In this document: piece by piece, positions 49,301 to 57,792 of the stretch | How positions within the stretch are numbered: the first letter of the stretch is position 1 | Layout: each line of letters opens with the position of its first letter | Origin: a virus | Strand: one strand, 5' to 3' | IMG/VR virus record: IMGVR_UViG_3300020424_000652 | DNA: 64,000 nt | Position numbers and translations under genes: made by a program | The notes under the pieces: generated by a model | Seen by the model: the letters and a program-made list of their open reading frames with translations, nothing else | The model's database searches: none | What the model was told of the DNA's origin: nothing

Positions 49301-52300
49301 AAAGATTTGGAGCCGCTATAGACTTCAATGGCAATGATTTAGTTGTAAGTTCAAAGGGTGGTGACCTTGTTACAAACACAACGTTTGACAACCTTACAAC
49401 AACTTTTGACAATAACCTAACACAATTTGAAAAAGTAAACAGTGATAGTGGTCAGGTGTTTATGTATCAACAGGTAAAAAACAAATTGCTATACGCAGAA
49501 AAATTTAATTACAAAAATCCTGCAACTGAAAGATTTGGTGAATTCTTGTTGTTTAATGAAAACCACGTTTATGTACCAATGCCAGAACTGTCCATCACAG
49601 ATGATAACTTTATTGGAACATTAATTGATTTCAAGAGAACACGTGATATTATGCCTTGGGCAGTTTTACACAGTCCATTGGATCAAGTTGATCTAACAAA
49701 ATTCAAAGGGGTGTTCATATATAATATCTCAGAAAATCCTGTTGCAAGAGCAATAGATTATATTGATCCTATACAAGGAAAGATAGCTGGAGCGGCGGAA
49801 GAAGAACTTACTTTCAAAACGCATTATGATCCAGCAGTATACACTAACGGTACAGCTTCGCCAACAACTGTAATTGATTCAGAAAATTATTGGAATGACA
49901 AATGGGTTGGAAGACTATGGTGGGATCTAAGCACAGCTAAATTTGTAAATCCTTATCAAGGAAATATAATCTATAATACAGCTAATTGGAACAAGTTATT
50001 TACAGGAGCATCAATTGATGTTTATGAATGGGTTGAAACAACACTTACTCCTACCCAGTGGGCCGCACAGGCAGATACAGAGGAAGGACTCACAAAAGGA
50101 ATAAGTGGTACTCCTAAAGACACATCAACATTTGTACAGATACAAAAATTTGATAGTGTTGCAAAGAGCTTTTTCAACAAATATTACTATTGGGTAAAAA
50201 ATACAAAAATTATTCCTCAGGTAACGTTTAGAAAAACATCTGCTTATGATGTTGCACAATTAATTCAAGATCCTGCAGGACAAGGACAAAGATTTGTTGC
50301 ACTTTACTCTGACAGCAGATTTGGTTTATACAACTGTGAAACACTTGTAAGTGGACCTGAAAATGCAATCAACTTTAGATACTGGACTATTGAAAACAAA
50401 GAAATCAATACTCATAATCAATATCAATTGATCACTGAAGGTTTAGATACAAGCAGACCAAACAGAGATCTTGAACGCAAATGGTATGACAGTTTAATAG
50501 GTGTAGACACCAACGAAAGACCTGTACCAGATACTGTGTTAAGTCCTAAACAAGCATATGGTATTTTAGACAGACCAAGACAAAGTATGTTTAAAAATAA
50601 AACAGAAGCATTAAAGCAAACTATAGAAAGAGCAAATAGAGTTTTACTACAAAACTTAATTGTAGATGAATACAACTTGACACAGTTCTTAAGTAAAGAT
50701 CCAACACCTACTTTGTTAAGTAGGAAGTATGACAAAGCAATTGACACTTATGCGGAAATAGGTTTAGTAGGAGTTTCCAATGTTATTCCTGCTGTCCTTA
50801 CTCCAGTGTTTGTTAACGGAAAACTTACAAGGGTAGATATTACAAACGGTGGTAAAGGTTACATCACTGTTCCTACATATGAGTTTGGTAATGTTGGCAA
50901 TGGAACTGATGCAGAAATTACTTTGACAATGGATGCCAATGGTACTATCACAAGTGCAACAGTAAAAAATGAAGGACAAGATTATGGACCTAACACAACA
51001 CTTGAAGTTAGAAAATATAGTGTATTGGTTAGAACAGATGAAAGTGTAAATTCAAGATGGTCCATATACGCATATCAAAGTGTTTCTAAAACTTGGTCAA
51101 GAACTACAAGTTCTGCATATGATGTAACACAATGGTGGAGTTACACTGATTGGTATGATGTTGGATACAGTGAATTCACTGAAGTTGATTATTTGATTGA
51201 TTACTCATATGAACTTGATTCATTGACTGACCAAGTAGGTGATATTGTAAAAATTTCAACCATAGGTTCAGGTGGTTGGTTGTTGTTAGAAAAAATTAGC
51301 AACGATGGTTCAGACTACACAACAAAATATAAAACAGTTGGTAGAGAAAATGGAACTATTAGATTAAGCAACAGCTTGTATGATAGTGCTAATAGTAACA
51401 TAGGTTATGATGGATTAAGTTATGATACATCATTCTATGATAATCAACCAACTAGAGAATTAAGAATTATTTTAGAATCCTTAAGAGATGATATATTCAT
51501 TAACGATCTTGCTGTTGAATACAACAAGATGTTTTTTGCAAGTGTTAGATATGCTTTCTCAGAACAAGCAAATATTGATTGGGCATTTAAAACAAGTTTC
51601 ATAAAAGCAAAACACAATGCAGGAGATTTACAACAAAAAGTTAATTTCCAAAATGATAACTTACCAAGTTACGAGGATTTTGTTAAAGAAACTAAACCTT
51701 ATAAAACAAAAATTAGAGAATATGTTAGTAACTATACAAAAACAGAATTAACAAACAGTGGTGTTACAGACTTTGATATTCCTCCGGCATACAGCATCAA
51801 TGATGGTAAGATTGTACCTGCAAGTCTAAAAGTTAATAATGATTTAATTGTAGGTCAAGATGCTTCTATTACAACTTACCCTAACAAATATTGGGCTGAC
51901 AATGTTGGATTTGAAGTATTAAGAGTAAACATCAAGAATGGTGGTACACAATATTTAGAAACTCCTTTAGTTAAATTTGTAGGTGGAGGTGGTAGCGGTG
52001 CTGTGGCAAAAGCAACACTTGGTACAAATGGAACAATCAAATATATTACTGTAACAAATCCAGGTAGAGGATATCTGTCTGCTCCAACTGTAACCATTGA
52101 AGGAACTCAAGACACATCTGGAATACCAGCAGTTGTATCAGCTCAACTAGGAAACAGTAAAGTAAGATCTAATCATATAGTAAGTAAATTTGATAGAGTA
52201 ACAGGAACGTTCTTAATTACAACATTAACGGAAGTTGAAAACTTTACTGGCACAGGCAGTCAAACAATTTTTGATCTTAAGTTTCCTATGGATCTAAGAA

Positions 52301-55110
52301 CAACAACGATTACTGTTACAGTGGCAGGAATTGAATCTTTACAAAGTGAATACAGTATTTCAAATGTTGAAGACACAACTAAATCTTATATAAGAAAAAG
52401 AGGAAGAGTAACATTTACAGAACCTCCAGCAAACAATAGTGCGATAGTTATAACTTACAGCAAATCTATTGAAATGTTGCAAGGACAAGATAGAATCAAC
52501 TTATTTTATAATCCTACAACTGGAATGCTTGGTAATGATGTATCACAACTAATGGACGGAATAGATTACGGTGGAGTTGAAGTTAAGAGTTTCACATTTG
52601 GTGCAGGTACTGGTTGGTCAAGTGAACCATACTACACAACAAGTTATGACACATATGATAACACGTATGAAGATGAAGTGTTCACACTTGACGGAAGTAC
52701 TAATCTGTTTACATTGGCTAAACCTTTGGAAAATGGTGTTGTGTACAACGTGTACAAAAATGGTGTTAGAATAGATGACGTAAATTATGATGGAAGTACA
52801 ATTGGTACAACAGGTAATCCAAATGCAGTTATGTTACCAATCACAGGTGCTGGACAAACAACTATACAATTAGATGAAACTAAAGTACCTACTGTTGCTA
52901 ATGATGTAATTGTAATTAGAAAATCTACAAGTGATGGATCATTTATTCCTGATCCAGATGGATATGATACTTTACTTCAAGGTGGAGATCTTGCTTATGC
53001 AACTGCACGTGGTTTAGCGGCAGAAGAAATTGTTGTAGATGGTGATGGTTTTGTAACACCATTGACTTCCAAAGGTCCTGAAGAACTTGTTCCAGGACAG
53101 GTGCTTGATACTTTAGATATAAAGGTTTATGATAGAACAGGTGACGGATCAAGTATATTGCACAGCTACAATTACTTGGGTGACGGTAATAACAAAGAAT
53201 TTGATATTAATTTTGTTCCAATGAGTCAAAAAGATGTTTGGATAAAAGTTAATGGCACAATTTACAGTGATAGTCAATTCAGTGTTGATTATCAAAACAA
53301 AAAAATTAAATTTACAACTGCTCCAGGATTAAATCATCCTGTGCATATTATTACAATGAGCAACAATGGTGAGAAAATACTTGACATTGATACTTTTGTA
53401 GGTGATGGGTCAACAGCACAATTTGTTGTTCCTGTAAAATATAAATCAACTTTAAGTCATTATTTGACAGTAGATGGTGAAACTGTCAACGTAACTTTAG
53501 CAGAAACTGATACAACTTACACAGGACAAAAAGGAATGAGTGTGTTTAAGTTAGGTACTGCTCCGTCCAATGGTGCTGTTATACAATATGCAATATTTGA
53601 TAGTCCAAGTAAAAGTTTCTCACAGATTACAACAGACACATTTACTGGCGATGGAAACACAAAAGCATTTACTTTAGCACAGGCTCCGTTTACACAGGAA
53701 CCTTTAGAACATAATGTTATTGTAAAAGTTGGAAACAATATTTTAAATGCAGGATACAATCAAAGATTTGTTGTAAGTGCTACTAGAGAATACAAACTTA
53801 AAGACTATCAAATACCACAAGCTGGTATAGATGCAAACAAAGTTAGAGTGTTCTTGAATGGGGAAGAGATTACAATTACACAAAGCTGGAGTTGGAATAC
53901 TTTCAATGCCACTGTAAACTTATTCAGTGATGTTGGTGTTGCAGGAGATATTTTAAATGTTTACATAAGAAATGATGGAGATTACGCATTTGGATATTTT
54001 GATAACAATGGACTATGGGTAGCTACTCCTAATCAAATACATTTTGATACTGCACCAGCAAACAGTTCACAGGTAACAGTATATCAATTTAGTAAACATG
54101 ACATTAGAAAAATAGAAAGAATTAACCTTGATGTTGTAACAAGAAATCCAATTACAATAGGCACGGATAATTATGCTGAATATCATCAATTGACAAATGG
54201 AATAATTAAATTACGCAAACTTGCCATTGATGCTGAGTATGTTTGGATAGTTGTCAACGGCACATTGTTGACTCCTAGTGTTGATTACTACTTACAAGAT
54301 GATAGACAGACTGTAAGAATTGTTACAGATATAAATGCAAATGATGTTGTTGAGCTTATACACTTCTCAAACGATGTAATAGTTCCTAAATTTGGATACA
54401 GACAGTTTAAAGATATGTTGAACAGAACACACTTTAAACGTTTAGGAGATGATGTTGAATACACATTAGCGGAAGATTTAAATTGGTATGATACAAAGAT
54501 ATTTGTAACAAATTATGACGATTTACCTACTCCAAACAAAGACAAACAAATTCCAGGCATTGTGTTTATTGGTGGAGAACGCATAGAATATTACTTGAAA
54601 GAAGATGGTGTATTAAGACAGCTTAGAAGAGGAACTCTTGGAACAGGAGTTAAGACTAAACACAACAAAGGAAGTATTGTGTTAGATCAAAGCAGAGAGC
54701 AAACAGTTCCTTACAAAGATGAGATATTGACCTTGAATTTTACTTCAGATGGGTCAACGAAGTCATACACATTAGACTTTGTACCACAAGATCCAGAAGG
54801 ATCAGGTACAGTTATGGATTTAGTTGAAGTATTTGTTGGAGGTAAGAGATTACGTAAAAATTCAGTAAGTTCATTCAATCCAGCAACTAATTTGGATAGT
54901 CCTGAAGCAGATACTACACTTCCAGCAGAATTTAGTATGACAGCAGGCAGTACTACCTTAACATTGACTGAACAACCTCCTATTAACACCAAGATTATGG
55001 TGGTTAGACGTATAGGAAAAAGATGGACTGACCCAGGAACTCCACTAAGATCAGCGGAAAATAACATTGGAAGGTTCTTAAGAAACAAAGAGGTGGCGTT
55101 ACCTAAATAA
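40387..55110 (+). CDS. Giant baseplate wedge / fibre-network protein (gp7-position, 4907 aa)
   Basis: Follows gp6; HLPKYFRT..NKKFL N-terminus; KPYKTKIRE; CBM-like W...Y..GD.V modules, FG-GAP-like propeller repeats, G.GY...P.V repeats, F.GDG.T..F repeats; LRRGTLGT near the end. Confidence 0.7.
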   Translation: MAYNANQEEYPLPAGDQSKAQHRRTSAEHLPKYFRTAHNKKFLSATLDQLLNPGVAEKISAYYGRRIATARKAADTYVSDVSTEREEYQFEPATVIKDNLNNVTFYKDYNDLKNQIKAFNGTVDDDSKAFRQEYYAWNPHIDWDKFTNFRDYYWLPNGPLSIPVTGQAKGITSTYKVTSIDNLDNKAYVFTPDGKTNNPTLKLYRGQTYKFEVNTPGMPLSFRTARTLDNDYLYSSGISDSTHSTDVGTIEFTVDLLAPDTLYYVNSNDINASGLIQVYDVLENSAIDVEAEILGKKTYKMTNGYEMSNGMKVNFEGTVTPAKYATGSWYVEGVGDEIKLIAEQDVMIPGTYSTSRANPFDSEGFDRSPFSTASAYADAHDYIVQNRSATSRSPWSRYNKWFHKSVLENIATILDEPADINQTGRAARPIIEFDAQLKLYGFGTQAKDDVDLLDTFTADVFSTIEGAIGYNIDGVDVGDNMRILFTADPDTRVAGKIFKVKFITHNNVRQISLIEETDSSPLENECVLVQQGETYKGKMWYYNGTKWLAGQEKTSVNQSPTFDLYDVNGNDFKDATTYPSSTFTGTKLFSYKRGTGANDSVLGFPLTYRALVNTGDIVFDFNLLTDTFTYQQMNATFSGKTDVGLLRRYTDRTTFTYASGWTKGYEESKQLVRRQYIVNTQLNDFAIDVYNRSGDINDLWARVYVNNKAKSSGVDYTINRLNGIAYIRFVNDLAVDDILVIKTKSATVKNSNGVYEIAGNLERNPLNDNIGSFTLGEVNDHVSSIVEMRDDFSGVFPGTGNLRDLGNLSAYGTRFIQSSGPFNLANYHVTSKDANIVHSLRFARKEYGKFRKLFLQTATGLGFDGATKIHFDKVMEELNKSKTNDMPFYFSDMIGYGTFKKSTHVVENTSTQYYALATNFDLTALSNRAVSIYINGVQLIHGTDYKFESAYAGFVTITKTKAINDVIEIFEYENTDGSYIPQTPTKLGLYPKFKPEIFVDNTYQTPTKVIQGHDGSIFVAYNDFRDDLLLELEKRIYNNIKVEYDVDIVNIHDFIGGESRDTGFSRAARDKALLPDFVEWNRAVGDPDYTDFSFWSRTNSFTYNYKNTSSPTQKTNPGYWRAVYKEAYDTDRPHTHPWEILGYSEEPTWWQTVYGAAPYTSENKILWQDIEKGAYRIPNVPMVYNEKYARPNITKHIPVDDGGNLLSPLDSNYAKNYISNRTQEPFVFGDQAPTENAWRRSSEYPFSLVTAWILNQPTKIIGLGLDRSRLKRNLAKEIIYTETSKRLRLKDIVFPNTVSDTERVQTAGLINYVAEYMNSKTVKYYNNYQTDLKSITNQLGLKIGGFTDKAKFKLILDSRTPYNEGNVFVPDENYQIFLNKSSVVDLVPYSGVIIEKVASGFIIKGYDYDNPYFKYITPIELADDPLVSVGGVSEDFVSWTSGQVYSPGFIVKFADEFYMTETLHTAGDSFEQANFVRLSELPVKGGRQAFFRRQWNEGINQQPTELAYGTQIRTIQGVVDFLLGYERYLKSQGFIFENYNKEINEVEDWSLSAKEFMFWTTQNWQANSVITLSPGAINLQFYRKYHVADNLFDNFYGYNLFKADGKKLLQANVNVYRDNDNNLGISTKNTTDGVFAVKVPLVQIEHVCLLDNRTVFSDFIYDLEPGYRQERIKVLGYRTDDWTGGLNIPGFVYDDVNISEWDSWKDYAIGDTVKYKEFYYVAKQKIPGKEVFVDTDWQRLNGAPQSGLQANLDYKAKQFADFYDLDTDNFDTDQQRVAQHLIGYQKRKYLENIINDDVSQYKFYQGFIQDKGTLNSLTKLFDALSNTDNDSVNFYEEWAVRLGQLGSSQSFEEVEYKLDESKFRLSPQPVELVQTVTGDETDLIYRQRPFETYLKPDGYDHSPFPTKYKDDDYIETAGYVNSADVKQTVAKYDDILNLTLTTLNVGDYIWTGTSKTDDWDVLKYVRTNDKVVKVTKNGTTNEVEIQLNNQANYVKDDIIGIVDVADTEKFFKVLRSELDTVFCTDNGETSDVETANGFVTTFTSARVANLEEANTRLFAGEFQVGELLWVDNDSTNRWIVLKNTPQHSELQVISNVETGDSSTNFGKVIGADDRNTTLVVGASESNKVYIFQRTNDNTTYNHAQTLDAPANLYTGDGKFGTGLDISSDAKWIVIGAPNASNAKTKFKGTFASNVSYTEKDIIQYQENFWEAQFPISAAQGTLTFDSFYDPTQLAKSTWTGTAYPEIVYAIRGNYNFNLPTDHILVRAPTVQYEGSAVGDTLVFNWKQYSQNYPNGILPFGSSGPAISELEGNKIIQAKVDAVLYFDNLLRTPQVGDLISTGSAIGTVNAISVQNVNQAVIYISNMNGQFLASDSATLGGVAMGTYTLVEPVNSQASFGGWWKIDVATSFNTTVKTITTPQFVIQDIITQNESKSAEIYYNTMDDVYALNQVTDPTKGGRLGHLSFYNKQGQSDMSPFWFFRGPKAWTDTLNVANTFTMRVNEIRGGAGLTLYDPGVLGLSFTYLNDTLHTVYDLWDGFVDVTFTNFDNNGNPFIPQVGDIIVDQQSGATATVAYLQEQLLDCRLYVKNRSGSFKFGNLHSDTSTIAIKDGVSAGVDRLSGRLDNANMSGSIAGKLVVVKNTDSTMLPVTVPTFRDELEIYVYNNRTVNGVARTPNTPNPLNKDWAQVSALKLDTTGTPSSFTNEGAYFVYERMGTGLYSFQHGYTNPQRESSRFLGTIVKLTKSTQSELYRLFVSAPGNNTTSNSGRIHLVTHGRDTDGTTYEWARSKNYYFKGEFSDSIPYYTNDIVLYNGAFYEAKTNLTAGAWDVTYWTLIDAFIDYIGYLPNDTNLAVTDDSTFEKTNLTNYAHPFAVAKFGDVIATVADFDNSDPKIIIYRFIRGHYGFSQMIPAPVNGIGFGSSIAVSDDGSMVAVGAPLADDRANDNGKVFVYTNNLGTFSLTQTLYSPEKDVAERFGAAIDFNGNDLVVSSKGGDLVTNTTFDNLTTTFDNNLTQFEKVNSDSGQVFMYQQVKNKLLYAEKFNYKNPATERFGEFLLFNENHVYVPMPELSITDDNFIGTLIDFKRTRDIMPWAVLHSPLDQVDLTKFKGVFIYNISENPVARAIDYIDPIQGKIAGAAEEELTFKTHYDPAVYTNGTASPTTVIDSENYWNDKWVGRLWWDLSTAKFVNPYQGNIIYNTANWNKLFTGASIDVYEWVETTLTPTQWAAQADTEEGLTKGISGTPKDTSTFVQIQKFDSVAKSFFNKYYYWVKNTKIIPQVTFRKTSAYDVAQLIQDPAGQGQRFVALYSDSRFGLYNCETLVSGPENAINFRYWTIENKEINTHNQYQLITEGLDTSRPNRDLERKWYDSLIGVDTNERPVPDTVLSPKQAYGILDRPRQSMFKNKTEALKQTIERANRVLLQNLIVDEYNLTQFLSKDPTPTLLSRKYDKAIDTYAEIGLVGVSNVIPAVLTPVFVNGKLTRVDITNGGKGYITVPTYEFGNVGNGTDAEITLTMDANGTITSATVKNEGQDYGPNTTLEVRKYSVLVRTDESVNSRWSIYAYQSVSKTWSRTTSSAYDVTQWWSYTDWYDVGYSEFTEVDYLIDYSYELDSLTDQVGDIVKISTIGSGGWLLLEKISNDGSDYTTKYKTVGRENGTIRLSNSLYDSANSNIGYDGLSYDTSFYDNQPTRELRIILESLRDDIFINDLAVEYNKMFFASVRYAFSEQANIDWAFKTSFIKAKHNAGDLQQKVNFQNDNLPSYEDFVKETKPYKTKIREYVSNYTKTELTNSGVTDFDIPPAYSINDGKIVPASLKVNNDLIVGQDASITTYPNKYWADNVGFEVLRVNIKNGGTQYLETPLVKFVGGGGSGAVAKATLGTNGTIKYITVTNPGRGYLSAPTVTIEGTQDTSGIPAVVSAQLGNSKVRSNHIVSKFDRVTGTFLITTLTEVENFTGTGSQTIFDLKFPMDLRTTTITVTVAGIESLQSEYSISNVEDTTKSYIRKRGRVTFTEPPANNSAIVITYSKSIEMLQGQDRINLFYNPTTGMLGNDVSQLMDGIDYGGVEVKSFTFGAGTGWSSEPYYTTSYDTYDNTYEDEVFTLDGSTNLFTLAKPLENGVVYNVYKNGVRIDDVNYDGSTIGTTGNPNAVMLPITGAGQTTIQLDETKVPTVANDVIVIRKSTSDGSFIPDPDGYDTLLQGGDLAYATARGLAAEEIVVDGDGFVTPLTSKGPEELVPGQVLDTLDIKVYDRTGDGSSILHSYNYLGDGNNKEFDINFVPMSQKDVWIKVNGTIYSDSQFSVDYQNKKIKFTTAPGLNHPVHIITMSNNGEKILDIDTFVGDGSTAQFVVPVKYKSTLSHYLTVDGETVNVTLAETDTTYTGQKGMSVFKLGTAPSNGAVIQYAIFDSPSKSFSQITTDTFTGDGNTKAFTLAQAPFTQEPLEHNVIVKVGNNILNAGYNQRFVVSATREYKLKDYQIPQAGIDANKVRVFLNGEEITITQSWSWNTFNATVNLFSDVGVAGDILNVYIRNDGDYAFGYFDNNGLWVATPNQIHFDTAPANSSQVTVYQFSKHDIRKIERINLDVVTRNPITIGTDNYAEYHQLTNGIIKLRKLAIDAEYVWIVVNGTLLTPSVDYYLQDDRQTVRIVTDINANDVVELIHFSNDVIVPKFGYRQFKDMLNRTHFKRLGDDVEYTLAEDLNWYDTKIFVTNYDDLPTPNKDKQIPGIVFIGGERIEYYLKEDGVLRQLRRGTLGTGVKTKHNKGSIVLDQSREQTVPYKDEILTLNFTSDGSTKSYTLDFVPQDPEGSGTVMDLVEVFVGGKRLRKNSVSSFNPATNLDSPEADTTLPAEFSMTAGSTTLTLTEQPPINTKIMVVRRIGKRWTDPGTPLRSAENNIGRFLRNKEVALPK

Positions 55111-55113
55111 ATA
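55107..55113 (+). promoter_or_regulatory. Late promoter ATAAATA
   Basis: Overlaps the stop of the giant gene, upstream of 55132. Confidence 0.6.
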
Positions 55114-55131
55114 CACTTGTAGGATATTAAT

Positions 55132-55746
55132 ATGATAGACAATTTTAATGACAAATCAGGAGTTCTTTTGCAAGGACACATAAAGATACACAATCCAGAA
55201 TCTGGAGAAATTCTGGTTGATAAACGTAATGCTATTCACTATGAAAACATGAGTATTTCATTAGCTGAATCATTAGCAAACCAAGGGCAAGGAATGGTAT
55301 ATTCAATGGCTTTTGGTAATGGTGGAACATCCGTCGATCCAACGGGTATAATTACATACCTTTCACCCAACTCAACAGGAACAAATGCTAGTTTATACAA
55401 CCAAACATACACTAAAGTAATTGACGATAATTCAATCAACAACACAGATCCTACAAGAAACAAGATTGAAACACGTCACGTTAGTGGTACAAACTACACA
55501 GATATCATTGCAACTTGTTTGCTTGATTACGGTGAACCTTCAGGACAAGATGCATTAGACAATGCAACAGGTTCAGACAGTTTATATGTGTTTGACGAAC
55601 TAGGTTTAGTAAGTTATGCAACATCAGGTACAGGTAGATTACTTACACACGTAATATTTCACCCAGTACAAAAAAGTTTAAACAGATTAATTCAAATAGA
55701 CTACACAGTTAGAGTACAAAGTTTAACTGGTTTTAACGAGGCGTAA
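55132..55746 (+). CDS. Baseplate/fibre-attachment structural protein (204 aa)
   Basis: MAFGNGG, FDELGL, LLTHVIFHPVQKSLNR; position between wedge and fibre genes. Confidence 0.6.
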   Translation: MIDNFNDKSGVLLQGHIKIHNPESGEILVDKRNAIHYENMSISLAESLANQGQGMVYSMAFGNGGTSVDPTGIITYLSPNSTGTNASLYNQTYTKVIDDNSINNTDPTRNKIETRHVSGTNYTDIIATCLLDYGEPSGQDALDNATGSDSLYVFDELGLVSYATSGTGRLLTHVIFHPVQKSLNRLIQIDYTVRVQSLTGFNEA

Positions 55747-55749
55747 TAG

Positions 55750-57783
55750 ATGGCTTATACTGTAAATTATACAGACGTTGCTAATAAAGGTAGCATTAGT
55801 GTTGAAGATAATACTATCAACCAACAAACATCTCTGTCCATACCAGGCAGAAATACCACAGCATACGGAACAGCCATTGCAGAAAACTTTTTACATCTTT
55901 TAGAAAATTTTACAAACAGCACAGCACCAGGTAATCCAGTTGAAGGACAACTTTGGTATGATAACACACCAGGCGTTGATCAATTAAAATTATATGATGG
56001 AACAACTTGGATAAGTGCTTCAGGACTTAAGAAAGCAACCAACGCCCCAGGCGCCGCACAATCAGTGACAGGTGACCTTTGGGTAGACACTGACAATCAA
56101 CAATTATATTTGTACACAGGTTCGGGTTGGGTGTTAGTTGGTCCTTCATTCAGTGATGGACTTTCAACAGGAGTAAGAGCAACTTCTATTACAGGAACAA
56201 ATAATGTTGCATACACTTGTTTGATAGTTGAAGTTAGTGCAAAAACTTTAGCAATATATTCAACAGCAACATTTACACCTAAAACAACTATACAAGGTTT
56301 CACAACAATTAATCCAGGATTTAATTTAAGCACAGCAGACATCACAGGCTCTGGTGCAGGAAAATATTATGGAGTAGCTGAAAAGGCCGAAGCACTTGTG
56401 ATTGGAAATGAAACTATTCCAGCAACAAATTTTATACGTAATGATGCATTATCACAAAGTTTATATCCTATCACAGTAAAAAACAACGGTGGTATCACAG
56501 TTGGTGCTTCAAGTTTTATGACAGTAGGTGTTGAAGGACAAGCAGGAATAATTAGTCACCAAACTTCAGGATCAAACATTGATATCAGAGTAAACAACAA
56601 TGGTACTACTGAAACAGTAATGAGAATAGATTCAACTTCAAAAGTTGGAATAAACAATTTATCTCCAGATCAAGCATTAGATGTTACAGGTAACATACAA
56701 GTTTCTAATTCAATGCTTGTAGATGGAACAACTGATGCCACTACAATCAATACAGGAAGTTTAATTACAAAAGGTGGTGTAGGAATTGCCAAAAGATTAT
56801 TTGTTGGAAGTGATGCCAATGTAGCAGGATTAACAACAACAGGAAATATTGTACCTAATGCAACAACCACAAGGAATTTAGGAACACAAAACGAACAATG
56901 GTTAAATGTATATGCACAAAACTTTGTAGGTAACCTTACAGGTAACGTAACAGGTACGGTATCAGGACGTTCAGGATCTACAGATAAACTTGCAAGTGCA
57001 ACTACATTTAAAATGACAGGAGATGTAACAGCACCAGACTTTACATTTGACGGACAAGATTCTGCAACAAAAACTTTTACAACAAGTATTTCAAATGCTT
57101 TTATTAGTAACAAAGCAGAAGTTTCAAGTTCAGTATCAACAGATGAATTATTAATTAACAGAACATCTGGTGATACAGGCGTTTATAAAATATCAAGAAC
57201 AAACTTGTTCAAAGCTATTCCTACTTTACCAGTTGGTATGATTACACCATACGGTGGAATTACTGAACCAACTAATTGGTTATTTTGTTATGGACAAGAA
57301 GTTAATATTGCTGACTATCAAAATTTATTTAATGTAATAGGATATCAGTTTAAAGACCAGTCATTGGTATCAGCAGGAAAATTTGCTATTCCTGATTTTA
57401 GAGGCAGAATGCCACTAGGTAAAGATAACATGGGTGGCGGAAGTGCAAACGTTGTTACTGATTCATCAGCTGACACAGTAGGTAGTGTAAACGGACAACA
57501 AACACAAACATTATCAACAAGCAATCTTCCAGAACACGAACACGATTTAAGAGGACCAAGTGGAGACCAGTATTACACAATTAGAGATATATCTGGAACT
57601 CCAAATGATTCACAGGGTATAACTTATGATGCTCCAACAGGCACAGGAGCAGGCCAGGCATATCCTACTTCAGGTGGTGTGTTGACTAACAGTAGTTTAG
57701 GTAATTCATTTAATATTATGAATCCTTACATGACTGTGAACTACATAATTTACGCAGGGGAAAACACATTTCTAGCAAGTTAA
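55750..57783 (+). CDS. Short tail fibre with tail-collar domain (677 aa)
   Basis: N-terminal ENFLHLLENF..GQLWYD family domain; C-terminal PVGMITPYGG..P.NWLFC.GQ...IPDFRGRMPLG collar and LPEHEH metal motif. Confidence 0.8.
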   Translation: MAYTVNYTDVANKGSISVEDNTINQQTSLSIPGRNTTAYGTAIAENFLHLLENFTNSTAPGNPVEGQLWYDNTPGVDQLKLYDGTTWISASGLKKATNAPGAAQSVTGDLWVDTDNQQLYLYTGSGWVLVGPSFSDGLSTGVRATSITGTNNVAYTCLIVEVSAKTLAIYSTATFTPKTTIQGFTTINPGFNLSTADITGSGAGKYYGVAEKAEALVIGNETIPATNFIRNDALSQSLYPITVKNNGGITVGASSFMTVGVEGQAGIISHQTSGSNIDIRVNNNGTTETVMRIDSTSKVGINNLSPDQALDVTGNIQVSNSMLVDGTTDATTINTGSLITKGGVGIAKRLFVGSDANVAGLTTTGNIVPNATTTRNLGTQNEQWLNVYAQNFVGNLTGNVTGTVSGRSGSTDKLASATTFKMTGDVTAPDFTFDGQDSATKTFTTSISNAFISNKAEVSSSVSTDELLINRTSGDTGVYKISRTNLFKAIPTLPVGMITPYGGITEPTNWLFCYGQEVNIADYQNLFNVIGYQFKDQSLVSAGKFAIPDFRGRMPLGKDNMGGGSANVVTDSSADTVGSVNGQQTQTLSTSNLPEHEHDLRGPSGDQYYTIRDISGTPNDSQGITYDAPTGTGAGQAYPTSGGVLTNSSLGNSFNIMNPYMTVNYIIYAGENTFLAS

Positions 57784-57792
57784 GGATAAACT

